Assembly: GCA_965112155.1 (NCBI GenBank)
Contig: OZ218098.1
Source of the DNA: Podarcis liolepis
Taxonomy: Eukaryota
Length of the DNA stretch: 64,000 nt
Direction: 5' to 3' (one strand)
The notes beneath the pieces are model-generated. The model searched no databases and had not been told where the DNA came from. It worked only from the letters and a program-made list of their open reading frames with translations. Below are positions 13,771 through 27,993 of the stretch, one piece after another. The translations under genes were made by a program, and so were the position numbers. Position 1 is the first letter of the stretch. Every line of letters starts with the position of its first letter.

Positions 13771-14223
13771 TGTCATCTAGACTTCTTAGTCACTTGTTAC
13801 CCAATGGTCTCCAAGTGACTTGCAACAAATTTAAAAACAAACATCAATAAATACCATTAAGAAATGCATATGCATCACCTACAATCCATACACGCAGACA
13901 CCTCACAAAAAACCACAGGAGGTATGTATTAGGAGCATCTAATATAGACATTTTAAAACATAATATTTATCCTGCTGTAGAGTGGCTAATTCACTTAAAC
14001 ATGTCTTATATGAGAGGCTCATGTAAGAGCTTAATACATTTATGCTTCTATGTGTGGACCCATAGGATTTAGATAGCGGGCTGTATACAACTATGTTTTA
14101 CTGAAAGTAGACCTACTGAAATTAATAGACCTAACTTAGTCATGTTCAATAATTTCAATGGTTCTACACTGAAAAAGTAATAGAGTTTAGTGCTCACATT
14201 ACTCTGCAGATTACCCAGCACAT

Positions 14224-14363
14224 CAGGGATGGAAAATATCTGTGGCCCTCAAGATACCGTTGGATTCCAACTCCCATCAGCTTCAGCCAGCATGGCACAT
14301 GTTGGAGGATTATGGGAGTTGTAGTTAAGCAAAACCTGGAAAGCCACAGGTCCCCCATCCTTG
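14224..14363. mobile_element. Short palindromic hAT-like MITE (~140 bp family; other copies near 31395, 43482, 43730, 55783, 61808, 62172)
   Basis: CAGGGATGG...CCATCCTTG ends with internal CAACTCCCATCA / TGGGAGTTGTAG inverted arms. Confidence 0.7.
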
Positions 14364-16961
14364 CTTTACAGCAAGTTCAGGCTTCCTTGACATAAGCATA
14401 TTTAATGGCTTAAATATAAGAAATGAATTTAACACTGCAGGATTTCTATAGACCACAAGCATGGCAAAATGTCTTAACATACAATCTGTGCTGCTACCTA
14501 ACTTCACCCACTTCAATGCGACTCTAGCAAAAGCCCTACTAAAACCAATAGAAGCTGCTGGTGTGATCCCACCACATACAAAGATATCGCTATGATATGT
14601 AATGATAGACAGAAATTAGTGTTGCTTCACTGCATAGCTTCATAAATGTTCTCACAAATATATTTGCTGTTAATAAAGAAGGTGACAAAAATAACAATAT
14701 TTATCTTGTGGTCAGTGTCTTTAGATGCAAGTAGGTATGTAACCATAGCTACATTCACTCCAAATCTGTGGTAAAAATGTTTCCTTTACTAGTTCTCTAA
14801 AGTTGTCTCCCTCCTCTTAAGACACCCATGTTATGCAAAAAATCTGGCAGTTTTGGAGAAAACATAACTACTCTTAGACAAAGCTGGACTTATTGTTGCA
14901 AGCACAGAAATGCAGTTAAAAGAAAGCCAGTTAAATATGCAGAACTGCAGAGGAAAAATTAGAATGCCTCCCATTTTGAACTCCACCTGGTCAGAATTTG
15001 TGTGCCCCTGTCCAAAAATAAAAATAAAAATATTCCAAGTAACTCATGGGGCTTTTTAATGGCTCAGCATAAGAGCTTCCCATAGATCAGGGATGTCCAA
15101 CTTCCAAGGGACTCACACTAAAAAAAACACTGGCAATGACCTCGGCCAGAGTTGTTGAGCTTTTTTAGAGAGACAAAGTTGTTGAGATATTTTCTTTTTT
15201 TCCCTGGGGGTCAAAATATTGACCAGGGATATCAACCAGCAGGATGCCAAAATCTGAATGCCAAAATTGGTACCTACTTAAAAGATTAAAGATGATGTGA
15301 GCTACCCATACAACATGTATTATTGGGCAGCCATTCAAACAGAGTTAAATCAATCAATCAATACATGTGGGGAATGTAAAGGTTTAAAAGGAGAGGCTTC
15401 ATGTTTCAAAGCCCTGCTGAACATTTGGATGCATGAGAGCTGAGCTGTGGGGGCAGTCTGCCACATAAACTTCCTCAAGTTCTCTTCGTCCTATAATGTA
15501 AGGGGTAGTCCACACAGCGTATTCTAGAAGCCATTGAATTACATCAACTTCCTTCAGCTGCAGGAGTATGACAAATCGCATGGGGTGAAGGGACCTAGAG
15601 TCCAAGAGCACTGTAAGGTACCACACTGGCTAACCTTGATATATGCCTCTACAGCAGAAATATTACTTACTCCTCCCATTGCAAGAAATTCCTCCCACTC
15701 TACAAAGAATGTGGCAATGGCTTGGATTCAGACTTAGGCATACTTAATCAATGAAATCAATTAAGCTAGTCAAGACTAAATTGCCTCACTGATTTCAATG
15801 AGTCTCTTATCATGACCAGGTCTGGTTCCAAATCAACATGTGTGCTTTTGTGTTAACCTACCTGACTTCTTCTGACAATACTCATGGCTTACCAGTGAAT
15901 ACCTTGACCCACAATACAATGTTTTCTATTCTTATTTAATAGAATAATTAATGTTCAGTGTTGTGTCCAAATATAAGGAAAAGGGAAAGAGAGGAATGGA
16001 CCACAATATGAAAGAAGCTTCTTCATCCTGCTAAACAAAGATGGGAGTATCTGCTGCTATGTTATGGCAATGCTTTGCATAAGCTGCAGTATCTGTGAAG
16101 CACAACCCATATGATGCAGAAGAGGGTGGGTTTTTTCCCTGCACACACAGTACACGCACAAAAGAAGCAGTTTCCCTAGCAACCAAGCCGCAGTGAAATT
16201 TATCAGGACAGCTCCTCACCCTCTACATGTTATTGGATAACATCGTATGGATCAGCTGACACCTAGTGTCTGGTCTGAATGCCTGCTGCATGAAACCATT
16301 TCCTAGGAACACTGTAGCAGGCAATTAGAATATTTTCCTCTTTCAGGATGACATACACTAATAATCATTAACACTCTCTCTCACCCACACACCCACACAC
16401 CACTGCCATCCATTTCTAAAAGCAACAAATACCATTCCTTCATTTTCACTTCTAGTCGGGTAACATTTCTTTAAAAATAGGTTGAAAATGAAAGAAAGAT
16501 AATGAAACTATAACAAACATTCTAGAAGAAACAGATGCTACGTCAACATATGCTGAAGTACTTTACAGCCATGTTTGTTTTGAAAAAATGGTACTATCCT
16601 GGGGCTGGCATTCAGCAGTCATCCCTGCTAGCACAGCATCCCCTGCACAGAGTTCTGTTGATGGAAGGAGGGGCTGGATTTTGCCTGCACCCCCTTGTGC
16701 TCTCTGCAAATCCAGTGTAGGAGGTGATGCCGAGTTCTGCAAGCGAGGAAAGGGGGAATTGGCAAGAGCCACTTTCCATCCTCTCCACCAGTGAGATACC
16801 TCCATTGGATCAAAAGCTTCCATGTTTCTGACTTCGGCCATTGGTGCCAACATGTTGGGAGGAGGAGGTGTCATAGACAGAGTGATGCTAGGGTGAGGGA
16901 GCTGAGTGTACTCGGAGTTGTGCCTCAGAACAGGCTTGTTGGAGGCACCACTCCTTTTGTA

Positions 16962-17623
16962 GGGACACAGGTGGCACTGTGGTCTAAACCACTGAGCCTC
17001 TTGGGCTTGCTGATCAGAAGGTCGGCAGTTCAAATCCCCGTGATGGGGTGAGTTTCCATTGCTCTGCCAGCCTAGCAGTTCAGAAGCATGCCAGTGCAAG
17101 TAGATAAATAGGTACCAGTGCGGCGGGAAAGTAAACGGAGTTTCCTTACACTCTGGTTTCCGTCACGGTGTTTCGTTGCACCAGATGCAGTTTAATCATG
17201 CTGGCCACATGACCTGGAATCAGTGCCGGATTTACATATAAGCTAAACAAATTATAGCTTAGGGCCCCACTCTCTTGGGGGACCCCAAAAAATTAAAGGG
17301 GGGGACTGGATGTACATTTCCAAAATGTAAGATAAAAAACAAATAAAATAAAACCTACATACAGCAACAGTGTTTTGTGTTGTGTAGGCTCCTGTGATGT
17401 AAGTAATGGGCCCCACCTGCTAGCCAGCACCCTAAAATATCCCATATACAGGGCCCCATTACCTTCAGTAGCTTAGGGCTTCATCAAACCTAAATCCGGC
17501 CCTGCCTGGAATGCTGTCTGTGGACAAACGCCAGCTCCCTTGGCCTGAAAGCGAGATGAGAGCCACAACTCCATAGCCACCTTTGACTGGACTTAACTGT
17601 CCAGGGGTCCTTTACCTTTTACC
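16962..17623 (+). mobile_element. Sauria (Squam1) SINE split by a hAT MITE
   Basis: Head GGGACACAGGTGGCACTGTGG, core GTAGATAAATAGGTACC, tail CCTTTACCTTTTACC. The body is continuous once 17221-17504 is removed. Confidence 0.9.
17221..17504. mobile_element. hAT MITE nested in the SINE
   Basis: TIRs CAGTGCCGGATTTA / TAAATCCGGCCCTG, perfect 8-bp TSD CCTGGAAT (17213-17220, 17505-17512). Confidence 0.92.
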
Positions 17624-17652
17624 CTTCTGAAGACTTCAGCTGCATGCATTAA

Positions 17653-18111
17653 TGTCACGGTCTGGTTCACCAGTGATTGAAGTCCTGGCAGGGGACGTCA
17701 GGACCAGGGGCAAGATGGTGGGGTGGGAGCAGGAACGGGGGTCCAGAAGCCAGGATTCAGGAAGCCGAGGGTCCGAGGGTCAGGAAGCAAGAGTCACAAA
17801 GTCAGGGGTCCGAGGATCAAGAAGCAAGGGAGTCAAGGGTCTAAGGATCAAGAAGCAGGGAGTCAAGAAGCCAAGGATCAGGAAGCAAGAAGCCAAACAC
17901 AGCAAGGCAGGAAGTGTGTTACTGTGGCAAAGAGCTGAAGGGAAATGCTGACCTTATAACCCTTCCTGGCTCTTGCCACCAGGTGCTGCGAGTTACCAAT
18001 CGGCCTCACCTGTGAGGTCGTGCCTTGCCTCTTCAGAACAAACTTAGGAAGGCCCCAGTCCTGCAAAGTCCTATTGGTCACAGGGCCTGGCTCCTGCACA
18101 CACACCTGACA
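17653..18111. mobile_element. Solo LTR (Gypsy-like), probably minus orientation
   Basis: TGTCA...TGACA termini, perfect 5-bp TSD ATTAA, internal ~20-nt tandem repeats (GGATCAAGAAGCAAGGGAGTC), TTATAA and CCAAT elements. Confidence 0.8.
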
Positions 18112-20897
18112 ATTAACACAATGGAGGAGGGAATACTAGACACAAGTGGGGGGAGGGAGGCAGGGGCTGAGGACAGAGCTGGAAGCTCACCTCAAACCAG
18201 GTTTGCTGGAGGCACTGCGACTACTCCTCCGTCCCTTTCCTTCATGATAGTTCCTCAGCACAGGCTCCATGGAAAAGGGGCAGCAATGGCAGAGCCTGGG
18301 GGCCTCTCATGCCATTTCCACACTGTGAGAGCAGCTGCCTCATGCTGCTGGTGTGGCGCTAGTGAGCAAGTGCCTCACAGAAAGAGTAGAGAGCACCATC
18401 ATTTATGACATGGTGCCCCCTACTCTACTGTGCCCCCAGAGAAAGTATGAGAAAATGGTTAAGCGACTTGCCTGAACCCTAGCAATTGCATTTGTTTCAT
18501 AGAATCATAAAATTGTAGAGTTGGAAGGGGCACCATGGATCATCTAGTATGACCCTCTGCAATGTAGGAATCACAACAAAAGCAGACCTGGATTCAGTTC
18601 CCTGTTACTGTAACATGGCATAAGTCACTTATATAAATCTATATTTAGCTACTTCAGAACAGGAGACTTGACGGTAGTTTTTGAATCCAAACAAAAATAG
18701 CTATTGTGCCTATTTTGTGCTGAAAAGTATATTCAGAATATATGTGTGTGTCAAGGCAGAAATAGCAAGAAAAAGCTGATTACTTACAAACACTTCCTTT
18801 CCCTATAACCAGTACTTGAGCAAGACAAGTAGAGAAACAGATGGGAAGTACATTTACTTTCATCTATTTAATCCCGCCATGGCCATGCCATTTCATATCT
18901 GGCTTCTGTGCTTCCAGTAGTTCAAGCCGTGAGACCACTGTGACCCCAATCTGTACTGAAGAATGCAGTATGCTGGGAAGGGACAGGAAATTTGGTGGGG
19001 GGGGGGTTCCAATACATTGAAAATTAATGCTGAAGAGCATGAAATAAGCATTTCTTTCCAGGAAGAGAGAATGGCACAACTTAATGGAAAGAAGCTAAGC
19101 ACTGACACAGCACATCAGAACAGAAAACTGCTAAAGCTTTCAACTTCAATGCAAAATAGCTATCACAACCCCCCGCCAAATATATTTTCTTTAATTTGCT
19201 TCGGTTAAGGAAAAAGTAATAGCCTCCCCAGTTTTCCTTTACTTTTTTTAAAAAGGACTGTGAACAATAGTTTTAGATTTGAAATTCAGTAGAGCTATCA
19301 TAGCCTTTTTTACAAATGGAATCATTTTTAAAAGAAAAAAAGGTTTAAAAGTATACAATTACAAATCTGATTTCTCATTACAGAGAGAACAGCTATATAT
19401 TGTGATAATATACTGGAATGATAAATCAGTCCAAATGCCACAACATTTGTATTCTACCGGTCTTAGACCTTCAGAGGTCAAGAGTTCTCTAGACAACAAG
19501 GATTGTGTCACAGAGGGCTACAATGGGAAGGAAGAATCATCTAAAACCGGACAGAAAAACCTTGAATGTGGGGGTATAAAAAGTGTCAAAAAAATTCTTA
19601 AAGTGTTCTTCCTCTCTTGTGTATCCTGTTGCCTGCCTCTGGAAATGTATTCAACTGATTATTGTCTACTGAATCCATACAGAAGGATACAAGTTGCATT
19701 CTCTGCATAATTCACATTTTCCTAGATGGACATCTGGATTAAGCTTTTCATGATATATTCATGTAGCAATTGGAGATAAGCAAAGTAATCCAAACCACCA
19801 AACCACTATGCTGAAGGGAGTCTGGGTGGAATGGAGGTCTCTCTTCATGCAGTCAAGGAAGATCTACATGTCTGAAATTTGTTGGGGTTCATCTCTTCCT
19901 GAGGGGCTACCATGTTTCCAAATTTCATGCAACTCCATATAAAAATATGGCCATTTTGGTTTCCCAATGCAAGTCAATGGGAGGACCAAAATTTCAGATG
20001 TCCTGAGGTCCAAATTGATCCAATCCAAATCAGGGCTTGAATCACTGAATCAGATCCAAACCAAAGCAGAGATGGTGGTGGTTGCACAACCCTAATTACC
20101 AGTATAAAATATTCTTCTTTTCAAAGTATTAATGGGCTTCATTAATTTTGGTGTTCATGGTTCTACATGCAAATTTTTCATTGGTAAACAAATTCATATG
20201 CTCAACAGACATGACTACAATCACTGGCACTAAAACCGAGCTACATAATGATCTACGAGATGTATGTTTTGGTCTGCTCTTGGCAGCTTTCTCCTTCTAT
20301 ACTTTGTAAGACAGTGCCATACTGTGGACATTCCCATTTCTTTGCTGTTTTGCTCTGCAGTCTCTGCAGGTACAGTAGGCATGTTTTCTGACCCAGTTTC
20401 CTCACCAATCTCTACTTAGCTGTACACTGTTAGTGACGCTCCTGGCATGCCAACCAGATACTGCAGCCTGCAGTGCAGTTTGTTACAGCACGTTCACAGT
20501 TCCTACTTAAAAAACAACAACAGTGGAAAAGTACCGTTATCAACTAAGCCTAATTAAACTGAAGCCACTTTCATATATGTGCCTGGCACACTTACATATG
20601 CTAATTTGTGAATGCTTGTGCATCCTCAACAAGCAGAAAAAATACATTTTTTAGCTGTGTGTGAGAGAGAGAGAGAGAGAAAGGGTGGGAGGGAGAGAAT
20701 TCCAATTTTCTCTTATGGTCATGGTTTGGGAAAGAAAGCTCACAAAACTATTAGCTTAAGCATGTCTTTTTATCAGTTACGGAACTCACTACAAGAGAGA
20801 CCTCGCTCAATTTGTCTTACTTTCATTTATCCAACACTACAAACAAGCAGTTTGTAAAATCAGGTACAATAATACAGTGGAAGCACAAACACATGTA

Positions 20898-21106
20898 CAG
20901 TCAAACCTCAGTTGTCGAACGTAATCCGTTCCTGAAGTCTGTTCAACTTCCAAAACATTCAACAGCCACAAACTCAAAATGGAAGCCGCGTAGCACGTTT
21001 GGCTTCTGAAAATCATTCAAAAACTGGAGCAGTTACTTCCGGGTTTCCGACGCTCGGGAACCAAAACGTTCCAAAATGGAGGCATTCAGGAACCGAGGTA
21101 TGACTA
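20898..21106. mobile_element. Tc1/pogo-type MITE (same type as 30062-30313)
   Basis: Ends CAGTCAAACCTC and GAGGTATGACT, TA flanks. Confidence 0.7.
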
Positions 21107-22827
21107 TAATACGCACACATAATTGAGGGCACAGCTTTGTCCAGCAGATTTGGGCTAATGTCCAACTCATGAGGCTATTCTGACACTTAGTCCTCAGCAT
21201 GCTATGCTAAAATATAGTAACTACTGGACATTAGCTATTCAAAAGTTGTCAGCTGCCATGCTGAGAATATATCATCTTGAATCCGGGCCAAACAGACACA
21301 ATCTTTGGAGGATCAAGACATCATGAATACTTAAAATTAAGATTTGTTTGAACAACACTTGATATAAAACAGTAGTGGATGGTGTGATGGGCCACTGATC
21401 CTCACGTGACTTTTGGTCAGTCATGTTGCTGCTGCTTACCAAGAGGTAGAGCAGCAAGGAATCTGGTGGTAAATATATGTTTTGGAAGAGGATATATTTC
21501 AGTAAGCCCATTACAAGATTTGCTTCCCGATAACCCAGTCCCATGGATCCTCATGGAACATGCCTCTTACGATGACAGCCTCAACTGCATCAGGGGCTAC
21601 TGGGAGATTAAGTTCCTTTCTCACCTTTTATTCTGGTCAGGCTGGAGACAGCAAATGAACTGGTCGCTGCGGAAGTGCAACACAAGGCAACTTCTCTCTT
21701 TTCCTTTCTCTGCTCCCAGCTCCATTATTCTCTAAAAACACACACCTTGGCAATTTCTGGGTAAACCTAGAAAGGGGGGTGTTCAAAATTTTCAGGATCA
21801 CACCCTCAGATTATTGCTTGGAAGAAATGGGTAGGAGAAACAGTATCTGTCATAGACAAATTTGAGGGAGAAGTTTTACATGAATGTATTCATTTTCATG
21901 AGCATCATAGAGCCTGCTTCCTACTAGTTTGGAAGGGGTAAAATCTTCTTTGGGTTAAATAAGGAGTGTGGGCACAGGGAAAGTAGTTGAAGTGCAACCT
22001 TCAGGTCATGCAGAAGGAGAACCCATGTGAAAATTTGGCTGTTTCTTCTTATGATAGTTGATAGTGGAATTTTACAAAAAGTAGTATTAGAAATTGGTGC
22101 GACCAACACTTCACGGAAGACAGGTTCCATGGAAGCAGTTGCTGTTGGAGAGGCAGAATACCCCATCTCTCCTAGCCCTCAAGAGTCTAGAAATTTATTT
22201 TCAAGCTAAACAGCCTTTGTGAGCTTATTTAAAAGGTTAATATAAAATAAATTTTTCAGAGAAGACTCCACACAGTAAAACAGGATAATAAAACTGCATA
22301 TCCATAAGAATGTCAAACACATTTACATTTATAGTAGAAACACAAACAGTAAGTGAATCATTATTATTATGTACAACTATCAGACACTGATCTGACCCAA
22401 CAGTGAACCTCATCTTCAGAGGGAAAAGATAACAAAGTCCAGCATGCCTTATGCCTGAACAAATGATACATTTCACATGCTGCAGATCTTTGTTTAAAAT
22501 AAGATGTGGTGTTTTTCAACATGTTGGGCAAAATAAATTTTCTCTTCTGCAAGAGCTCTTCCATAAAGAATAGTTCCGACTCTTATGACTCACTGAGTTT
22601 TAGAGTTTCCACTCAAAGTTAAAGCCGAATGTGTGAACAACATATATTCTATCACAGTCCTTTTAACTTCAGGTAACAGACTAAATAAATTATGCTCAGG
22701 AATTGAAATTATCTCAAATGGTAAGAATCATTTCCCTAAGTTACTCAAACATCCCCTAACTGCATCCTTTAAAAAGCTGTAGAAAAAAGTCATCAGAATG
22801 TCACCATGGATACACATTTCTCTAATG

Positions 22828-22963
22828 CAGGCATCCTCAAACTCGGCCCTCCAGCTGTTTTGGGACTACAACTCCCATCATCCCAAGGTAACAGGACCAG
22901 TGGTCAGGGATGATAGGAATTGTAATCCCAAAACAGCTGGAGGGCCAAGTTTGGGGGTGCCTA
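22828..22963. mobile_element. Short hAT MITE
   Basis: Near-perfect hairpin, perfect 8-bp TSD CTCTAATG. Confidence 0.88.
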
Positions 22964-23189
22964 CTCTAATGTGCGATTGATCAGATGTGAATCCAAGGTA
23001 TGCATGTAGACAAAGCTTCAGATGAAACTCATCTGTTGTTCTCAGGGTCTCACATCGGAGTAGACACACATTCCAAACATGGGCCTGAAGCTATTTTCCA
23101 GTTGCCTCCCAGGATGCTTCCAATGACCAGAACACTAATAATAATGTGATGTTACCTAAGGCCTGTATTTTCACTTACCAAACTGTCTA

Positions 23190-23449
23190 CAGTGGAACCT
23201 CTGGTTAAGAACTTAATTCGTTCCGGAGGTCCATTCTTAACCTGAAACTGTTCTTAACCTGAGGTACCACTTTAGCTAATGGGGCCTCCCGCTGCCACTT
23301 ACCTCAGGTTAAGAACTTTGCTTCAGGATGAGAATTTCTGTTCTCATCCTGAAGCAAAGTTCTTAACCTGAGGTACTATTTCTGGGTTAGCAGAGTCTGT
23401 AACCTGAAGCGTCTGTAACCTGAAGCGTTTGTAACCCAAGGTACCACTG
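23190..23449. mobile_element. Tigger/pogo-like MITE (family of 11968)
   Basis: CAGTGGAACCTC...GGTACCACTG ends and shared internal sequence. Confidence 0.85.
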
Positions 23450-23469
23450 CAATTTTATCTAGCCGTCTT

Positions 23470-23602
23470 GGGAAGGGCCATAGTTTAGTGGGAAAGCATC
23501 TTCTTTGCATGCTGAAGGTTCCAGGTTCAATCCCTGATGTTTCCAGGTCAGCCTGGGTATACCTAGCTAGAAAGAGTAACATTCTGACTCTATATAAGGA
23601 AC
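23470..23602 (+). mobile_element. Squam3-type tRNA-derived SINE remnant
   Basis: GGGAAGGGCCATAG..AGTGG..AGCATC...CCAGGTTCAATCCC head with A and B boxes. Confidence 0.7.
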
Positions 23603-23751
23603 TGGGGTTTTTATACTTTTGCTCCTGGAGAGCTTTAAAATCTGTCTGTGAGAACAAATAGTTACATTAGAAGTGCCCCCATTATTTTTGATGCAAGCAC
23701 TTTCTAATTAGGATGACTGTCAGTGGCTAGAGTTAAACCTCTATGTGTCTT

Positions 23752-24102
23752 AAAGGTAAAGGGACCCCTGACCATTAGGTCCAGTCGTGACCAACTCTGG
23801 GGTTGCGGCACTCATCTCGCTTGATTGGCCGAGGGAGCCGGCGTACAGCTTCCAGGTCATGTGACCAGCATGACTATGCTGCTTCTGGTGATCCAGAGCA
23901 GCGCACGGAAACGCCGTTTACCTTCCTGCCGGAGCAGTACCTATTTATCTACTTGCACTTTGAGGTGCTTTCAAACTGCTAGGTTGGCAGGAGCAGGGAC
24001 CAAGCAACGGGAGCTCACCCCGTTACGGGGATTCGAACCTCTGACCTTCTGATCAGCAAGTCCTTGGGTCTGTGGTTTAACCCACAGCACCACCCGCATC
24101 CC
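23752..24102 (-). mobile_element. Sauria (Squam1) SINE, full length
   Basis: Same body as 8921, imperfect TSD TATGTGT(C/T)TT. Confidence 0.93.
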
Positions 24103-25332
24103 TATGTGTTTTACAGCCCCATAAAAGCCAGCACATTCATTATGGTATAAGCTTCTGTAGGCTTAAGACCACTTCATCAGCATTTTGATGAAATGGACTC
24201 CACACAAGTGTGACTTCCCAGCACTCTTTTCCCCAAACTTACCAAAAGGTAAAATGCAGTAAGAGAAGGGCTCTAGAAGTAGTAAGGCCTCCGTTAGGCA
24301 ATGCCACAAACCCACACGGCCGTGGTCGGGGCTACCAGGAACCACTGAGAAATGTGGTTGCATCCCTAGAAGATGCCACGAGTATGCATTTCAAATGGTT
24401 CTCCATTCCCTTACAGCAGAACATGCTCAGCGTACATCAAGGGGCCAACAAAGACCTTACATTGCACCTCAATCCTCCCTTCACTTCCATGTCCAGGAAT
24501 ACAGGGAAAGAGTGATGAAGAGATGCACTGAGGCACTACAGCTGCAGCACTACCCACAGCATACCCAATTCATACCCTGGATTACATTTCCAAACATCTT
24601 GAGGAATTCGACAATGTGATCCAATTCCCCCAAATGATTTCTAGTACACGTGGGAAGGAATCCACTCGGCAGATGGTGTCACCTCCTCAGGCAAAGTGGA
24701 CAGCAATTGTGGAAATACAGCAAATGGCCAATTCTGAGCCATCTGGCATGACTAAAATAAAGGCAGTGCCAAGAAAGTGGCCTGATAAACAAAAGAAAGG
24801 TCTTTTGCTGAGAAACAGCACTTCTGCCATCTGAATAAAATAGACACACCAACAATAACTTCAGTAAGTGAAAGCCTTGCCTGATAAGGAAAAAAAATGC
24901 AGCTCTTGTGAGAATGATTGAATTAGCGTCTTATAAAGCGATGCAAGTAAATCAACGTAATAAATTCATGGAGAAATTGTATTTTTCTTGATGTATTGGA
25001 ATAGTAAATATAACACTGAAGTACAACCATGTGCTGTTTTCAGTTTATTGCAAGTTTGCTTTGTTATTTGGAATTTTGTACTTTTGAAATACTGTAAAGT
25101 TTTAGAACTACTTTTAAAAATTCAACTGTTTTTCGGTTGTACAGAATTCGGACAAGATTGTCCCGTAGTACGTTCATGGCATCCTGCTCTCAACACTTGC
25201 ATTTTCAGAGATCACACAAGAAAATGTGCCCACCATTTATTTTAACTCTCAGGCTATATTAAGCCAATAACAATGCTGTTTTGTCTGCTGTTATAAATGG
25301 ATGGGTGGTTGTTAAATGTGTTATTTTAACTA

Positions 25333-25558
25333 CAGTGGTATCTCGGGTTAAGAACTTAATTCGTTCCGGAGGTCCGTTCTTAACCTGAAACTGTTCTTAA
25401 CCTGAAGCAGCACTTTAGCTAATGGGGCCTCCCGCTGCCGCAGCACCGCCAGACCACAATTTCTGTTTTCATCATGAAGCAAAGTCCTTAACCCAAGGTA
25501 CTATTCCTGGGTTAGCGGAGTCTGTAACCTGAAGCGTATGTAACCCAAGTTACCACTG
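25333..25558. mobile_element. Tigger/pogo-like MITE (family of 11968, opposite orientation)
   Basis: TA-CAGTGGTA...TACCACTG-TA. Confidence 0.88.
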
Positions 25559-27827
25559 TATGTGGTTTCAATGTGCTTTTAATTTTAGCTACTTTGGGGG
25601 GCGCAGCTGGGGTTGAAAGGCAGCAGAAAAAAATGAAAAGATAAATCAATATTTGAAAGCTACAGCTGATACAGAATGCAACAGCTTTCCTTGATCATGA
25701 GGGCTGGACAGCAACAGCATATTATACTAGTCGTCCCACCTGGCACCCTGCAATCTTTAAGGCACAGCAGACAGTGTTAGTTTTGACTTTCAACACCTAA
25801 AAAAAGCTTTGATGCTAACATGTATTATTCCCTTTATTTCATGATGATCTCCAAGTTCAACCTGAATTCCCTCCTGACCAGCTTTATTTACATTCCACAA
25901 CTTGTTATGTTGGCAACTCTATGTGCAAAGCACATCCGCATTCTTCTGTTGGCACCTTGCTTATCAACTGTAGAACTTGTACCATCTCTCTGTAGTGTTT
26001 ATGGAATCTTAAATGTTTTTTTTAAACAAAAATGATTTTAAAAGAAGATCCAAGTGGCTCTGTGTTAAAACGAGTCACACTAGAGAAATGGATAGTAAAG
26101 AGTGTTCAAAAGTAGGAGCATGATGTGCTCAAAAATCTTCATATTAATTCTTTTTTCTCCATTTTCTTTCTAGTGTCACTGAGTTAGCAACGTGCAAGTT
26201 GGAAAAGTACAGCCACCTTGCAAACACCAGTTCCGCAATTTCAATGAACAACATGTTGTTAACATTGCTTTGACATACATATAACCACATTCTGATCATC
26301 ACTACTGAACTGCAGGGCATGAATTTTAAGCAATCAACCATATTGGGGAAAGGGGCTAAATCCGTTCATTTTAGTTGATCGTGTTGGTAGAAAAGAATAT
26401 TTGCTAAATACTCATTTCTTTATCTCTCAGGAACAAAGCGTGATTGGAAGAGGGGATCTATGTTGTTTTTGAGGATGAAAAAAAGAGGGGTATGGATTTC
26501 ATTTCATCTATTTTTAGTGCAAGCTGAACTAGTGCATCAGAACTAAATGAAATGAAAAATTACCTTTGGATTTAAAGATGCCGTATGTCAAAACTATTAT
26601 TAGTATTATTATTTATTTTAAAAACCCATCTTAGAGATATTTTTTTATGCTCCAATGATTCTTAAATACAGCTACAGATTGGCTTGCTGAGATAGGATCA
26701 ATAATAATATAACTTCCCCAAATCCTGATAGACACTTCCAAGGAACACATTAATGACACCGCTCCTCCAAAGGCAGACATGTTATCTTTAAATAGTTTCC
26801 CTCATTTATCACTTTTACCTTTTTTTGCCTGATGCAAAACCAGAATGTTAGCAAATACCTGTTGATGGTGATGCTTGTTTATTGTTGTTCTTTCAGTTGA
26901 TTATCCACCCTTCACCATACGATCCCAGAGCAGGTTACAACAATTTAAAACAAAGTACTGTCAGAAGAATAGGGTGGGTCCATGTATATATACCTTAATA
27001 GCCCACCCACTGTTGATCAACAGAACATTGTAAGGTCATAGGACAATATCAATTGCTTCTTAACTATGTTCTGTCAAAGACTGCAGGGCTTCAAGCAGGA
27101 GACCTCATTGTCAGAGACTTGTCCCCATACCACTTGTTCTATTCAAATATTGACAGCAAATAAAAATGTGATCACTTTTAGATGAACTTAACTGAAGGCT
27201 GATGATTTTTATTCACACACGAAGGACCGGGTCTCACCCAGAACATTGCCACTAATTTTGATAAATATATTGCCAACCTAGGCCCCCATTAAGATCTGCA
27301 TTGTATGATTAATTAATTCAAAATTTCATCCATGGGTTGTATGAGTGGAGTTCCACTCACATAACTGGACAGTTGTTTCTACTCTTCCCTCTTTATGTCC
27401 CCATAATCTGCTACAGTGGGCCCCCAAACCAGCTGGAGCTAATTTTGAGGGCACATGGGAGGCTGGAGAGAACAGGAGAGGAAGAGGAGGCACTGATACG
27501 GACACAAGAATTTGTTACAAGAGTGAAGCTGCAGCACTGGATACAACCCCATGGACCAGCCTCTCCCAGTCAGATATTGTTGCAGATAAAGGTACTCTCT
27601 CCTTTTTATCCTCCTCTCTTCTCCAGGGACCTGTGAGTATTATTAGCTTGCTTTTATCTTGCCACATCCACTTTTAGATACCAATACTGTGTTTTTTCTA
27701 AGTGGTTTTTGTTAGTGCACTTTGAACCTAAAATATCATTCCAGAACAGTTCATTCACAAACATGCACACCAAAACCCCTGTTCAGTCATGTCATTCCTT
27801 TGTGAAAATGAATGGAGGCAAAATAGA

Positions 27828-27993
27828 CCGTATTTTTCCGTCTATAAGACACCCCCATGTATAAGATGCCCCCTATTTGGGGGGACTCAGATTTAAGTAA
27901 ATGGGGGGAGATATATCTGTGTATAAGACACCCCCTAATTTTTGACATTATTTATTAGGGGGGAAACCTAGTCTTATACACAGAAAAATACAG
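27828..27993. mobile_element. Short Tc2/pogo-like MITE (TIRs related to 215-873)
   Basis: CCGTATTTTTCCGTCTATAAGAC...GTCTTATACACAGAAAAATACAG. Confidence 0.8.

Noticed and set aside
17740-17900. Short spaced repeats as a CRISPR-like array, or the 99-aa ORF as a gene
   Set aside because: Eukaryotic DNA. These are degenerate tandem repeats without unique spacers inside a solo LTR.
22360-22412. FTVGSDQCLIVV as the missing SERGEF exon 10 (expected VSCGSEHNLA-like)
   Set aside because: Lacks the CG and EH residues and convincing splice sites. I found no exon 10 in 1-36440. It probably lies outside the window, though the N gap cannot be excluded.
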